Positions 49,602 through 59,506 of a DNA stretch of 64,000 nt are shown piece by piece. How positions within the stretch are numbered: the first letter of the stretch is position 1; the number at the start of each line of letters is the position of its first letter. The translations under genes and the position numbers were made by a program. The stretch comes from a virus (taxonomy: Duplodnaviria > Caudoviricetes). The notes beneath the pieces were generated by a model, which had not been told where the DNA came from, did not search any database, and saw only the letters and a list, made by a program, of their open reading frames with translations. The DNA lies in the IMG/VR virus record IMGVR_UViG_3300026549_000062, positions 24,266-88,265 of that record. One strand, given 5' to 3'.

Positions 49602-50709
49602 TTCATTCTATATGAGAGACGATTCAGAAGAAAGAATAATATACTCTACTTTGGTAAAATTTACTTCACTAGATAGAATTTTTAAGTATACTTATCCATA
49701 CAATGATAGAAATTTCCACTTTGGAAGAATAAATCTATTTATTGATTTGACTTCTATGGTTAGACCACTATATATGAGAAGCGATATCATTGATATAGAA
49801 GGTGTATTGTCTGCTATAGCAAACAATATAATCAACTATCGTCACTATTTCAATAAGTTCAATATAGTAAGTACTCTATTTGTTATCTTCTCTACTAATA
49901 ACTCTATTAACAATATTAGATATCTTGGGGAATACAATAGCAAAGAAATTGAAGCTAGAACAAGGCATGAAGTAGATGATACTTTATTTAATATCATAAA
50001 TCTACTAAAATCTCTTATTCAATACTTCCCTGGAGTATATCTTAAAGAAGGAACTGTAGAACCATCTGTAATTGCATATCATTATATGAAGAATTGTTGT
50101 ATGAATACTCCTGAAGGGATGAACGTTCCTAATGTATTTATTACATCTTCTCAATATGCAGCACAGATTCCTAGAGTTATAAATAACAATGTTCTTCATT
50201 CTATTATTAAAAGCAGGCATTTAGTTTCTAAAGATCCATATGTATATGAAGATAATAGTTATATAGTAACTCCAGATAGACCATTGGATATTTATCTAGA
50301 GCATAGCAAGAATTCTTCTAATAGTTCTGGAATACTAAACAATGATAAGAATTATGTAGGATTGTTTATGATATTAAATGGATTGAAATCTAGAGGAGTT
50401 AAGAGTATACTTGATAGATATAAATCCGTCACAGTTATGAATTATATGCTACAAAACTATCTAGATATAACTCCCGATAATATTTATAATTCTATTGTAG
50501 ATACATTTGGATCTGCTATAGTAGATAAAGCAGAAATCGAATCTAGATATTGTGCATTAGATATAGAATACCAAGATAAATTGTATAGTCAAATGCCAGA
50601 ATCTCTAGAAACTGGTTTCTTAAAAGACTTGTATAATTTTGATGAATTAAATAATGTAATTCAAAAGATGTTTCCAGCTGATAAGCATATCAATATAGAA
50701 TATTTGTAA
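49585..50709 (+). CDS. T4 RNase H/FEN-like 5' nuclease fold, apparently degenerate
   Basis: LFIDL, EPSVIA (vs EADDVIA), ITSSQY..Q (vs I.S.DKD..Q), NGLKSRGVKSI (vs GD.SDNIPG). Confidence 0.45.
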   Translation: MKSHFDSFYMRDDSEERIIYSTLVKFTSLDRIFKYTYPYNDRNFHFGRINLFIDLTSMVRPLYMRSDIIDIEGVLSAIANNIINYRHYFNKFNIVSTLFVIFSTNNSINNIRYLGEYNSKEIEARTRHEVDDTLFNIINLLKSLIQYFPGVYLKEGTVEPSVIAYHYMKNCCMNTPEGMNVPNVFITSSQYAAQIPRVINNNVLHSIIKSRHLVSKDPYVYEDNSYIVTPDRPLDIYLEHSKNSSNSSGILNNDKNYVGLFMILNGLKSRGVKSILDRYKSVTVMNYMLQNYLDITPDNIYNSIVDTFGSAIVDKAEIESRYCALDIEYQDKLYSQMPESLETGFLKDLYNFDELNNVIQKMFPADKHINIEYL

Positions 50710-50748
50710 AATTTGATCAGGTAAGGCAATATTGCCTTACCTGGTTTA

Positions 50749-53283
50749 TTAATGTAAAATAGTTTTAGAAAGTATATCAAATGCACTAAATTTATTTTTC
50801 TTTTGTTCTGTACTTCTTGTAGTAAGAACACCGCTAGAACCATCAGAAGATACAGTAGTTCCTGTATCATCAAGAGTTGTATTGGTAGATGCCGTTCTCC
50901 AATCCATAACTTCATACTCTTGATCTTCTTCTGTAGAATCTGTCTCTTGTATCTTAGCAAGATTTAATTGTGTATTACATACAAAAGAATCATCTTCTCT
51001 AGTGAATACCTCTGTTTTCTTATTGATAATGAATATACCATCTTTATCTGAATGACCATCATAGTTGTTTACTATATAACGCTTGTTAGGAGTAAATACA
51101 GATGGATCTAATCCAAACTTATTTATAGTAAGTTGGTTAGTCATTGTCTCTACTTCAGACTTTATATTCTTTATTTCATTAGGATTATCGTTTCTAACTC
51201 TAAGAATCTTAACACCAGCTTTATTATATCCTAATACACCACCAGTATTAAGTATAGACTTAAAGTTTGATATACCCAATTGACCTATCTTAGATAAATC
51301 AAATTTTGCTAATTCTTTTTGCATTCTAATAAGGTCTTGATACTGAAGTTTTCCTTTATTGAAGTTCTTGCTTATATCAGAAAAGCTTATATCTTTTAAT
51401 GGGGTCTTTATACCGTTATTGTAATCTGTATGTCCAAATAGACCTATAGAAGTATTATCCAATAGATTAAAATCTTCAGGATTGAAGGTATACTTATTCT
51501 TATCCTGAACAAAATTTGATTTAATATCTATTGTTTTAATCTGGCTAAGAGGTTGAGCAAAATTAGATATAGATGAAGTAAATTTAGACAAAGATCCTAC
51601 AAATCCAGTTATATTAGACATAAATCCTTTTATAGAATTTGTAGCAGAGCTTATCTCTTTAGCTATACCTTGCATACGTTCTAGATTTGTAGCAACTTTT
51701 GCTATACCTTCTGTAGTACCAGATGATAGATATGCACCATAAGGTCCATTTATTACTTTTTGAAGTTTTTCATTAGCAGTAGCTACTTTGTCTACTACTC
51801 CTGATATATGAGAATTTAAGCTATCAAGATGACCTAACTGCGAATTTACTTTACTTATACCAGAGGTTAAAGGACCTAATCCCTTATTAAGGAACCCTAA
51901 TTGTTTTATAGTAGCATCTATAACATCTTGAGCATTGATATAAGATACAGAATCAAGAAGATTATCTAAATACTCTGCTCTATAAAATGAAGGAGTACCT
52001 GCTAATATAGTATCGTTTAAAGTATTCTGAAATTGGTTTACTTTATCTAATGATTGTGTAGCTTTGCCAAATATAGATTTCATACCAGACGATGTAGCAG
52101 ACTTTAATGCAGAAGATATAATGTCTACAGATACTGTAGTCTTTCCTATCTTTACACTTTCACTTATAGGAATCTCTCCAAGATTGCTAGTAACTCCTGA
52201 TATGAATTTATTTTGCAAATCCGTTAGAGGTTTTAAGAAATCTTGGCACTGGGCAAATATACCTTTATTGCTCTTATTAATCTTCTCAGCCATATTCTTT
52301 ATTTCTTTAGAATATTGTTCTATAGACTTTTTAAAATTCTCTATTACTTTCTGTATATGGGTTTTAGCAATTTGGTTATCTGATTGCTTATCTGCTGTAT
52401 TATCATCGTTTGGATTTATTACAGCGTCTATCTGATCAACAACTTTGGAAGTATCATGATCTATTGTATACATAGAATCCATTACAGATATATCTGTCAC
52501 ATATGAAGAAGTCTCTGGGTCTTCTTCCATTCCTTCTTTCATACTATTGCTATCTGTAATAGATTTCATCTTAATATTTACGTTATTATATAATTCTCTC
52601 TTAGATTTAACCCCTTTGCCAGATCTAGATACTAGATATGTAGCAAATGGTTCGTCTATAAAGAAAAGATATTGAGTATCATAAAATACTTTAATGGAAT
52701 TAAGATATTCTATAGTAGCAGCTAATGTTTCTTTAGGAGGTATTATTAACTGTCTTTCCATTTCATTATGATCAAATGGTTCTATAAGAAGATGAGTATT
52801 CTGCATATAACTCATTACTATATCTTGCATATTAGAGTTGTATACAGTAGAGTTTGCTACTATTTTATTAGCATCTATACACTGTTTTCCTATAAGACCT
52901 ATATATGTTTCTTTATAAACGTTCCCTTTAGTACCGCTTAAATCAGTACTATTATAATCCAATTCTTTGTTATAATTTATATCATTTGATATCATAACAG
53001 AAAAATCATCCTGGAGATATATAGTACCTCCAGGAGGGTTTACTTCTGTCATTTTGCTAAACTTCTCTATAGTAAGTCTTATAACAGCAGTTTGTGCATG
53101 TTTAATTATCTTATCAAATAACGCTTTATCTATAGAAAGTCTAGTAAGTATAATAGGCATATTACGTTGTTGATAATCGCTTATACGAATAAGGTTAACA
53201 AAATTCTCTGGGTGTATTTCTACATTAGTACCATCATCAGGAATGAATACCCTTCCTGAAATACGGAAATGCCAATTTTGCAT
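50749..53283 (-). CDS. Probable tail/baseplate-associated virion protein
   Basis: 844 aa; central amphipathic S/G/K-rich coiled region flanked by globular parts. Confidence 0.5.
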   Translation of the reverse strand: MQNWHFRISGRVFIPDDGTNVEIHPENFVNLIRISDYQQRNMPIILTRLSIDKALFDKIIKHAQTAVIRLTIEKFSKMTEVNPPGGTIYLQDDFSVMISNDINYNKELDYNSTDLSGTKGNVYKETYIGLIGKQCIDANKIVANSTVYNSNMQDIVMSYMQNTHLLIEPFDHNEMERQLIIPPKETLAATIEYLNSIKVFYDTQYLFFIDEPFATYLVSRSGKGVKSKRELYNNVNIKMKSITDSNSMKEGMEEDPETSSYVTDISVMDSMYTIDHDTSKVVDQIDAVINPNDDNTADKQSDNQIAKTHIQKVIENFKKSIEQYSKEIKNMAEKINKSNKGIFAQCQDFLKPLTDLQNKFISGVTSNLGEIPISESVKIGKTTVSVDIISSALKSATSSGMKSIFGKATQSLDKVNQFQNTLNDTILAGTPSFYRAEYLDNLLDSVSYINAQDVIDATIKQLGFLNKGLGPLTSGISKVNSQLGHLDSLNSHISGVVDKVATANEKLQKVINGPYGAYLSSGTTEGIAKVATNLERMQGIAKEISSATNSIKGFMSNITGFVGSLSKFTSSISNFAQPLSQIKTIDIKSNFVQDKNKYTFNPEDFNLLDNTSIGLFGHTDYNNGIKTPLKDISFSDISKNFNKGKLQYQDLIRMQKELAKFDLSKIGQLGISNFKSILNTGGVLGYNKAGVKILRVRNDNPNEIKNIKSEVETMTNQLTINKFGLDPSVFTPNKRYIVNNYDGHSDKDGIFIINKKTEVFTREDDSFVCNTQLNLAKIQETDSTEEDQEYEVMDWRTASTNTTLDDTGTTVSSDGSSGVLTTRSTEQKKNKFSAFDILSKTILH

Positions 53284-53403
53284 AATTTCACTCCCTAATG
53301 AATTCTTAATTACTAATGTGTAATTTTTATAAATTTAGACTCAATTACATACTATTGTTATGGTATAGTAATAGAGCACAATAATGTAAGGAGGTATTTA
53401 AAA

Positions 53404-53796
53404 ATGTTGATCAGATTTTTTGGGAGATCTGAGGAAGAAATAAGGAAAATGGTAGAACCAACAAAAGAGGAAGTGAATTTTATAGTAGATTATATTAAAA
53501 AATATAATGAATTAAATTTCCCAGATTTTATAAACTATATTAAAAAATATGATTTTAAAGAATATTATTTATTCTATTATAAAATTAAATATTATAAAGA
53601 CCCACTACTTATAAAAGAAAATAAAAGAAATGAAGTTGATAATTTGATAATTTCAGTCTATCCATATTTTAAAGAATTTAAGAATAACTTTGAAAATATA
53701 TGGATGAAATACATAAAATATTCTTCTAATAATAAAGATGATGAATTTTGTAAAATGGTTTTAAATATAGCTTTAGGAAAAGGATTCAGTGAATAA
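53404..53796 (+). CDS. Partner protein of transglutaminase-like cassette 3
   Basis: FKNNFENIWMKY and KMVLNIALG resemble motifs in the other partners; early promoter 53344. Confidence 0.6.
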   Translation: MLIRFFGRSEEEIRKMVEPTKEEVNFIVDYIKKYNELNFPDFINYIKKYDFKEYYLFYYKIKYYKDPLLIKENKRNEVDNLIISVYPYFKEFKNNFENIWMKYIKYSSNNKDDEFCKMVLNIALGKGFSE

Positions 53797-53798
53797 AA

Positions 53799-54596
53799 AT
53801 GACAATATCATTCACAGATTTCTGTATGCATAGAAATAGAGAAATGGCTAATCTCTGTAATTTAATGAATTGGATGAAACTAAATATAAATTTTAATCCA
53901 TATATTTGGGAGAAACAATATAAAAATAGGAATTCTAAACCAGTATTTTGGCCTAATTATGTTATAAATAAAAAAGAAGCTAATTGTGTAGATATAGGAA
54001 TATTTCTATATTTCTTATCTGAATTTTATCATTTTGAATGTGAACTTACTTTTATGAGTATAAATAGTAAAGAAAAAGTTCTTGATACAAGTGCAACTTC
54101 AATGCTTCATGTAATCCCTCTTGTAAGAACTACTGATAATAATATTTACATATTTGATTATATTGGAAATGTTAATTCATCATTAGTTCATGGTCCATTT
54201 GAAACTTTTGAAGGTGCTTGTGAGAAAATTTCAAAGTTTTATGAAATGATAAAATTGTCTTTTACAGATTATTCTGGAAAAGTGTATAATACTGAACCTT
54301 ATTTAGATTTTCATTTAGTAAAAAATAAAGATCTTGAAGTGCTTCATAAATTTAAAAATAAAAATATTAGCCAATATGAATTATTTACACATATTAAAGA
54401 TCTTAAAGAATTTGTAGATATGTGTTATCAAAAACAAGATTTGTCTAATGCAGGAAATTATATTATATATGTTCCTCCAAAGAGAGTAATAAAATCTATA
54501 TTTAATACAGATCCGTTAAACATGTTTAAACAAATGGAACATGCTGCATTTTGTAAAGGAAAAGGATACTTATCCTTATTTAAACCTAAAAAATAA
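53799..54596 (+). CDS. Transglutaminase-like Cys-His-Asp enzyme, cassette 3
   Basis: FWPNYVINKKEANCVDIG, HVIP, IFD, HGPFETFEGA. Confidence 0.7.
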   Translation: MTISFTDFCMHRNREMANLCNLMNWMKLNINFNPYIWEKQYKNRNSKPVFWPNYVINKKEANCVDIGIFLYFLSEFYHFECELTFMSINSKEKVLDTSATSMLHVIPLVRTTDNNIYIFDYIGNVNSSLVHGPFETFEGACEKISKFYEMIKLSFTDYSGKVYNTEPYLDFHLVKNKDLEVLHKFKNKNISQYELFTHIKDLKEFVDMCYQKQDLSNAGNYIIYVPPKRVIKSIFNTDPLNMFKQMEHAAFCKGKGYLSLFKPKK

Positions 54597-54671
54597 TATT
54601 ATATAGCTATGAAATTTATATCCGTAGGTCTGTTTGACCTACGGATATTTTTATTATGAAATTGTTTTTTA

Positions 54672-55187
54672 TTAACCTTTAGAACCTGAACCTGTAGTTG
54701 TCGTTGAACCTGTTCCTTCACTTGATGACGTACCACTAGATTCTGTTGATGAACCTGAACCACTAGTAGACGAAGAACTAGAACTTGAAGAACCTGCTGC
54801 AGCTGCAATCTCTGCAGCAACTTTATCAAAATATGCTTTAAACTCTTTACCTACAGCTTCTTCTTTTTCTTTCTTAAGAGTTGCATACATATCAGCTCTC
54901 TGGTCTTCTATGTCTGGGATAACTGTAACTGCAGTTTCATCAACAACTTTACCGCCATTATCAGCAGCATAGTTCTCTAGTGTAAGTTGCTTATACTTAT
55001 CCTCTGTATCAGAGTCAGAAGCCGGTTTAAGAAGTTCAAAGCAAAGAATACCTCTCTCAAGAGCCTTCTTTACAAGAGTTACAGCAACTGGATATGCATA
55101 ATGACTATTACCAGTCATACCAACAAAATTAAGTGTAGCACCGCCTGGGCCTACAAATCTAACATATTTATATTTTGGAGCAGCCAT
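54672..55187 (-). CDS. Protein with Ser/Thr/Gly tail; paralog of 9445-9954
   Basis: Shared N-terminal pattern; low-complexity C-terminus. Confidence 0.65.
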   Translation of the reverse strand: MAAPKYKYVRFVGPGGATLNFVGMTGNSHYAYPVAVTLVKKALERGILCFELLKPASDSDTEDKYKQLTLENYAADNGGKVVDETAVTVIPDIEDQRADMYATLKKEKEEAVGKEFKAYFDKVAAEIAAAAGSSSSSSSSTSGSGSSTESSGTSSSEGTGSTTTTGSGSKG

Positions 55188-55248
55188 TGTTTATCATACC
55201 TTTCTATATGAAGTTTTACATATCAGATTATCTAAATGTCGAGTTACA

Positions 55249-56301
55249 TCATAGAAGTCCTATAATATATCCTTCTTTTATATCTATAGGATCTTTGAAG
55301 AAAGAATCAAAATCAAACAGTTTATCTTTTTCAAACTTTTTACTAAGTTTATCCATATCATTTTCAAACTTCTTTAGTTTAGATTTATTTATATATTTAG
55401 GCCTTATAGTATAAACTGCCTTTACTTGTCTATCTGTTTCTGGGTCATCTATTATTTCTTCTCTACGTTCTATTGAGTATTCTTCTTCATCTAAACAAGA
55501 AAGTTTATCCTTTATCATATCATAAAGAAGTTCTTGATTCTCATGTATTCTATATACTTTAGAATCATTATGGTCAACAACATTCATTTTTAGTTCTGCT
55601 AATATACTAAGAAGCTGTCCAAAGTCATTATTAGTCAATCTAATATAAGAATATGTTCCCATATTAGTAATCATCTTTTCTTTAGCAACTTGTTTGGCTC
55701 TATATATTGGCATACTACGAGTATTTGGATTATTCCCTCCATCTTTTACTTCTATGATAAGATTGTAAGGAATTATAAGAAAATCAGTTATCCAATGAAG
55801 TTTCTTTCCTTTAAATTCATACTCAAGTATAGGCCCTGGTGCTATAACTTCATTTGATTTATACTCTAATACTTTATCAAGAAACTCCATCAGTTTCTTT
55901 TCATAAGTACCTGTATAAGTCATTTCTTTACCATCAGACCATTTATACTTTCCAGATATCTTTCTATGCGCTAACATCTTTTCCTGGAATTTAGGATCAT
56001 CAAGAAGATGTGGCTTATTATACACTCTCATCATACGTTCGTGATAAGTCTTTTTTATTTGTTCATAACACTTTGGATCTCCACAAAGTCTATTGTATTT
56101 CTGTCTTTTCTCATTCCATTTAGTTGGTTTACCACATACAACACAATTACCATGACCATGTTTACCATTTACTACATCATATACCATTCTATATGGTGTA
56201 TACCCTAATGGTAATTGGTCTTTATGCTCTTTTTCAATATGCTTTAAAAGTTTTATCTTATTGAATCTTTCATCACAATATGGACAGTTAAAATTCTTCA
56301 T
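55249..56301 (-). CDS. Zn-finger plus TnsA/T4 gp4-like PD-(D/E)xK endonuclease
   Basis: CPYC..H..H, CVVC..C; YTGTYEKKL, WITDFLI..IIEVKDG; late promoter 56325-56336. Confidence 0.75.
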   Translation of the reverse strand: MKNFNCPYCDERFNKIKLLKHIEKEHKDQLPLGYTPYRMVYDVVNGKHGHGNCVVCGKPTKWNEKRQKYNRLCGDPKCYEQIKKTYHERMMRVYNKPHLLDDPKFQEKMLAHRKISGKYKWSDGKEMTYTGTYEKKLMEFLDKVLEYKSNEVIAPGPILEYEFKGKKLHWITDFLIIPYNLIIEVKDGGNNPNTRSMPIYRAKQVAKEKMITNMGTYSYIRLTNNDFGQLLSILAELKMNVVDHNDSKVYRIHENQELLYDMIKDKLSCLDEEEYSIERREEIIDDPETDRQVKAVYTIRPKYINKSKLKKFENDMDKLSKKFEKDKLFDFDSFFKDPIDIKEGYIIGLL

Positions 56302-56446
56302 TAGATAAACCCTCCCTCATTTATTACAAAAATGTTTTCGGAAGACAAAAAAGTACGAGGAATAAGCATACTGCTTTTATCCCCGCACTCTTTTTAATAA
56401 TATTAATTTAGACAAATCTAAGTTCTTATTGAATCTTATTGAAGTT

Positions 56447-56533
56447 TTACTTTAGAAAGCTCTTACATTTTGAATATAACATTTTTTCTAAACCGTACAG
56501 CAACAAATTTAGTGGATTAAATTTCTGTATCAT
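56447..56533 (-). CDS. 28-aa peptide MIQKFNPLNLLLYGLEKMLYSKCKSFLK
   Basis: RBS AAGGAG 7 nt upstream. Confidence 0.45.
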   Translation of the reverse strand: MIQKFNPLNLLLYGLEKMLYSKCKSFLK

Positions 56534-56562
56534 TTTGTTTCTCCTTATAAATCGTTATTCTT

Positions 56563-56667
56563 TTACTTTTTACCAAACAGACTGATCAAGATTACATACA
56601 CATCAGAATCATCTGCTGCTCTGTAAATTGATTTATTCTTTTCAACAAACATATTTAACATATTCAT
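56563..56667 (-). CDS. 34-aa peptide MNMLNMFVEKNKSIYRAADDSDVYVILISLFGKK
   Basis: RBS GAAAGGA. Confidence 0.45.
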   Translation of the reverse strand: MNMLNMFVEKNKSIYRAADDSDVYVILISLFGKK

Positions 56668-56707
56668 GATGGTTTCCTTTCTTATAATCACTTTAACTTA
56701 TTTATAA

Positions 56708-56998
56708 GCAATATAAGATGAGGATCAGCAGTAACATATAATATGCTAATAGATGTATACATCCTGCTTAGCGTGCATACTATAAGGAATTCGGAATTTA
56801 GCTTATGCTAATTTTTTGTTTCGATAAGTATATCTTACACCGTTTTTAGTAAGCCATTTATCAAGGATCTGGGAATTGGAGATCCGTACAGATCCTAAAT
56901 ATTCAGGCTTATCTCTATAGATAGGATTCTTACCGTTTACGTTATGGTAAACCATAAGACATTACCTCCTTTCTATGCATTTCCTCATCTAATATTGC
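56708..56998 (-). ncRNA. Panhandle structured RNA element 2 (contains small ORF)
   Basis: 16/17-bp terminal inverted repeat GCAATA(T/A)TAGATGAGGA-type; same 3' motifs as element 1. Confidence 0.6.
56803..56955 (-). CDS. 50-aa basic peptide MVYHNVNGKNPIYRDKPEYLGSVRISNSQILDKWLTKNGVRYTYRNKKLA
   Basis: AAGGAGGT RBS 8 nt upstream; inside element 2. Confidence 0.55.
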   Translation of the reverse strand: MVYHNVNGKNPIYRDKPEYLGSVRISNSQILDKWLTKNGVRYTYRNKKLA

Positions 56999-57074
56999 AC
57001 AACTATAGTATGTAAATAAAATGAGTAAAAATTACACATAAAAAGGATGGGCTACACCATATGGTGTAGCCTTT

Positions 57075-58325
57075 TTATTGTTGTTGATTTTGATTAGGCT
57101 GATTATTCGTATAAGATGCTACATGCATTCTCATAAGAAACATAAAGTCCCTATATACCATTCCCATAGCAGTAAGTTTAGCATTAAAACAATCTCTAAC
57201 TATATTGCAAACTATTTGTTTCTTCTTATATGCTATAGCATTAGCATCTACAGAAGGAACACCATTAGGCTGTTGTTTATTAACAGCATTATTTTGAGTT
57301 ACATTAGCATTTGGATCTGTATTATTGGTTGTTATAGAACCAGCATTCTTAGTAGATGGTTGAAGTGCTGATTTTAATCCAGATGGTACACCAGATGAAG
57401 AACCAAATGTTGCTTGATTTGGTGTTGAAGCTTGAACTGGTTGATTTGGTAATGCTTCATTAAATATATCAGTTTGGAAATACTTTCTCATAAATAATGA
57501 GTAATCAGTATCTGCATTTACTGGTCTAGATACACCATTATTAGCACCTGGATTAGTACTAGCAAATCCAGCTTGTTTAAGAGCTTGATTCTGTTGTTGA
57601 GAAGCTGCTATCATATTCTGATCTGCTTGTGTAGTAGGATTATTCTCTCCAGTATTTGGGTCTTTGTTTATATAAGAGATAATTCCATTAGCATCTACAG
57701 AGCAAGATTTAGTATTAGCAGAATAATTAGAGCAGAACTGATAAGCTGCTGGCATTAATGCTGCTAATTGTCTTGTATTCATATTTAATCTAGTTTCTCC
57801 ACCATAAAAATATTGCTTAGCAAATTGGGAGAAATCTGAATTACCATCATATTCTGGTATTAATAACTTCTGTATCATTAGATTAGATCCTTTATTAGTC
57901 TGATCTGTATCTACTTTATTCATATTAATACCATTAAGAGATGTAGATAAAGGTCTCTTTAATCTTTGTAAAGCTGCTTGATAATTAGGAACATTTTGAG
58001 CTTGATTAGAGGTCTTTACAGGATATTGTCTTTGATTCATTATTATTTGTTGATACTTTTCTAACCATCCTGAATCTTGTGCTATTTGCTGCTGAGTAAA
58101 ATTAGCAAATTTAGTAAGTGTATCTTTTATCTGACTTACTATATTTCCTTTCCATTTAGTAAACCATTGCTGTACATTTGCTGTAGATGCTTCGTCAAAA
58201 TAATACCCATTCTCTTCTATCCATTGTTTAAATTCGAAGTTCAATTCTATAATAGATTCGTTTATATTATAAAATACTTCTTCATTATTAGGATCAAAAA
58301 AATCTAACTGATCAATCGAGGTCAT
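57075..58325 (-). CDS. Probable head protein, Q/N-rich
   Basis: INES, FDEA, FNEA sites; amphipathic WFTKWK..IV..IK helix. Confidence 0.6.
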   Translation of the reverse strand: MTSIDQLDFFDPNNEEVFYNINESIIELNFEFKQWIEENGYYFDEASTANVQQWFTKWKGNIVSQIKDTLTKFANFTQQQIAQDSGWLEKYQQIIMNQRQYPVKTSNQAQNVPNYQAALQRLKRPLSTSLNGINMNKVDTDQTNKGSNLMIQKLLIPEYDGNSDFSQFAKQYFYGGETRLNMNTRQLAALMPAAYQFCSNYSANTKSCSVDANGIISYINKDPNTGENNPTTQADQNMIAASQQQNQALKQAGFASTNPGANNGVSRPVNADTDYSLFMRKYFQTDIFNEALPNQPVQASTPNQATFGSSSGVPSGLKSALQPSTKNAGSITTNNTDPNANVTQNNAVNKQQPNGVPSVDANAIAYKKKQIVCNIVRDCFNAKLTAMGMVYRDFMFLMRMHVASYTNNQPNQNQQQ

Positions 58326-59238
58326 TTATCTTTTTCACCTCTTCTTTAACTGATTTCAATCCAGTAAGTCCAATATCATTACCAAATTTTCTTAGTATTT
58401 CTTTTGCTTCTTCTACAGTAATCTTAAAGTATTTTTCTGGAGGATCTTGTACATGAGTAGCAACCATTTTATCTCCATCTTTAAATGAATAAACAGTTAG
58501 ATTATTCATTATGAATGCCCCAGGTCTATACGTTATACCAAATCCTATAACGTTATTTTTTACTTCTGCAAGAAGATCATATATAGAACCACCAGACATA
58601 TAAACTCCACAATAACCAAATGCTATCTTAATTGGTAATGCTAGAACTATAGAACCTTTGAATGGAAATACATCTGCTGATACTATTTTTATAGCATTCT
58701 GAATAGATAAACCACCTATGTATTTTGCTATCTCTTTAGCTCTTTTATCTCTAAACTCTGCACACATGTAATTGAACATACTGGATTTCATAAATTTCTC
58801 TGCATTACATGGTGTATAGTTCTTATGCTTCTTATATACTGAATCTATTTGTTTGTATATAAAATTCATTATATATTTATTATTAGTAGTTTTCTTCATT
58901 TCTCTTATAGCAATCTTGCTTAAAGCCAAGTTTGTATATTTATTTATAATAAAGCCTACTAATATTTTTGTAATAACTACAGTAAGTCTTAGTAAAGCTT
59001 CTTCTTTAGTTTTAGGAGGTTCTTTACTAGAAGATATCTCTCCTTGACCTATAATATCTCCTATAGTTGTTTCTTTGTCTTTAACATCATTAGAAGTATC
59101 GGTTTTATCTAAAAATCTAATATTACCCTTTTCTATTTTAACCATAGAAGCTGGAATCTGAGCTTGTTTTATAGCAAATTTGATTAAATCATTATATTCT
59201 CTGTTATCCTCCACAGAGAACTTCTTGAAATAATTCAT
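58312..59238 (-). CDS. Hypothetical, probably virion protein
   Basis: 308 aa in late operon. Confidence 0.6.
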   Translation of the reverse strand: MNYFKKFSVEDNREYNDLIKFAIKQAQIPASMVKIEKGNIRFLDKTDTSNDVKDKETTIGDIIGQGEISSSKEPPKTKEEALLRLTVVITKILVGFIINKYTNLALSKIAIREMKKTTNNKYIMNFIYKQIDSVYKKHKNYTPCNAEKFMKSSMFNYMCAEFRDKRAKEIAKYIGGLSIQNAIKIVSADVFPFKGSIVLALPIKIAFGYCGVYMSGGSIYDLLAEVKNNVIGFGITYRPGAFIMNNLTVYSFKDGDKMVATHVQDPPEKYFKITVEEAKEILRKFGNDIGLTGLKSVKEEVKKINDLD

Positions 59239-59239
59239 A

Positions 59240-59506
59240 TTATACCTCCTTATCGAGGTACTTTCTTAATCTATTCTTTTCTCCTACAACGTCAGGAGAT
59301 ATATTGTATTCTTTCATCTTCTTTATTATATTTCTAGCAAGTTCTTCTTCATGTTCTTCATCAACATGATTAAACATACGAATTGCTGCTAATACATGTG
59401 CTTTATCTGGCATCGGATATTTCTTCAATTCTGGAATACCAAAATCTGTTCTTTCATCAGCTGTTAGCTTTCTTTCATTAAATGAAGTAAATGTTATGTA
59501 TTTCAT
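59240..59506 (-). CDS. Small DUF6582-like protein
   Basis: DFGIPELKKYPMPDKAHVLAAIRMFN resembles the recalled DFA.P..RKYP..D..H...A..F pattern. Confidence 0.55.
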   Translation of the reverse strand: MKYITFTSFNERKLTADERTDFGIPELKKYPMPDKAHVLAAIRMFNHVDEEHEEELARNIIKKMKEYNISPDVVGEKNRLRKYLDKEV

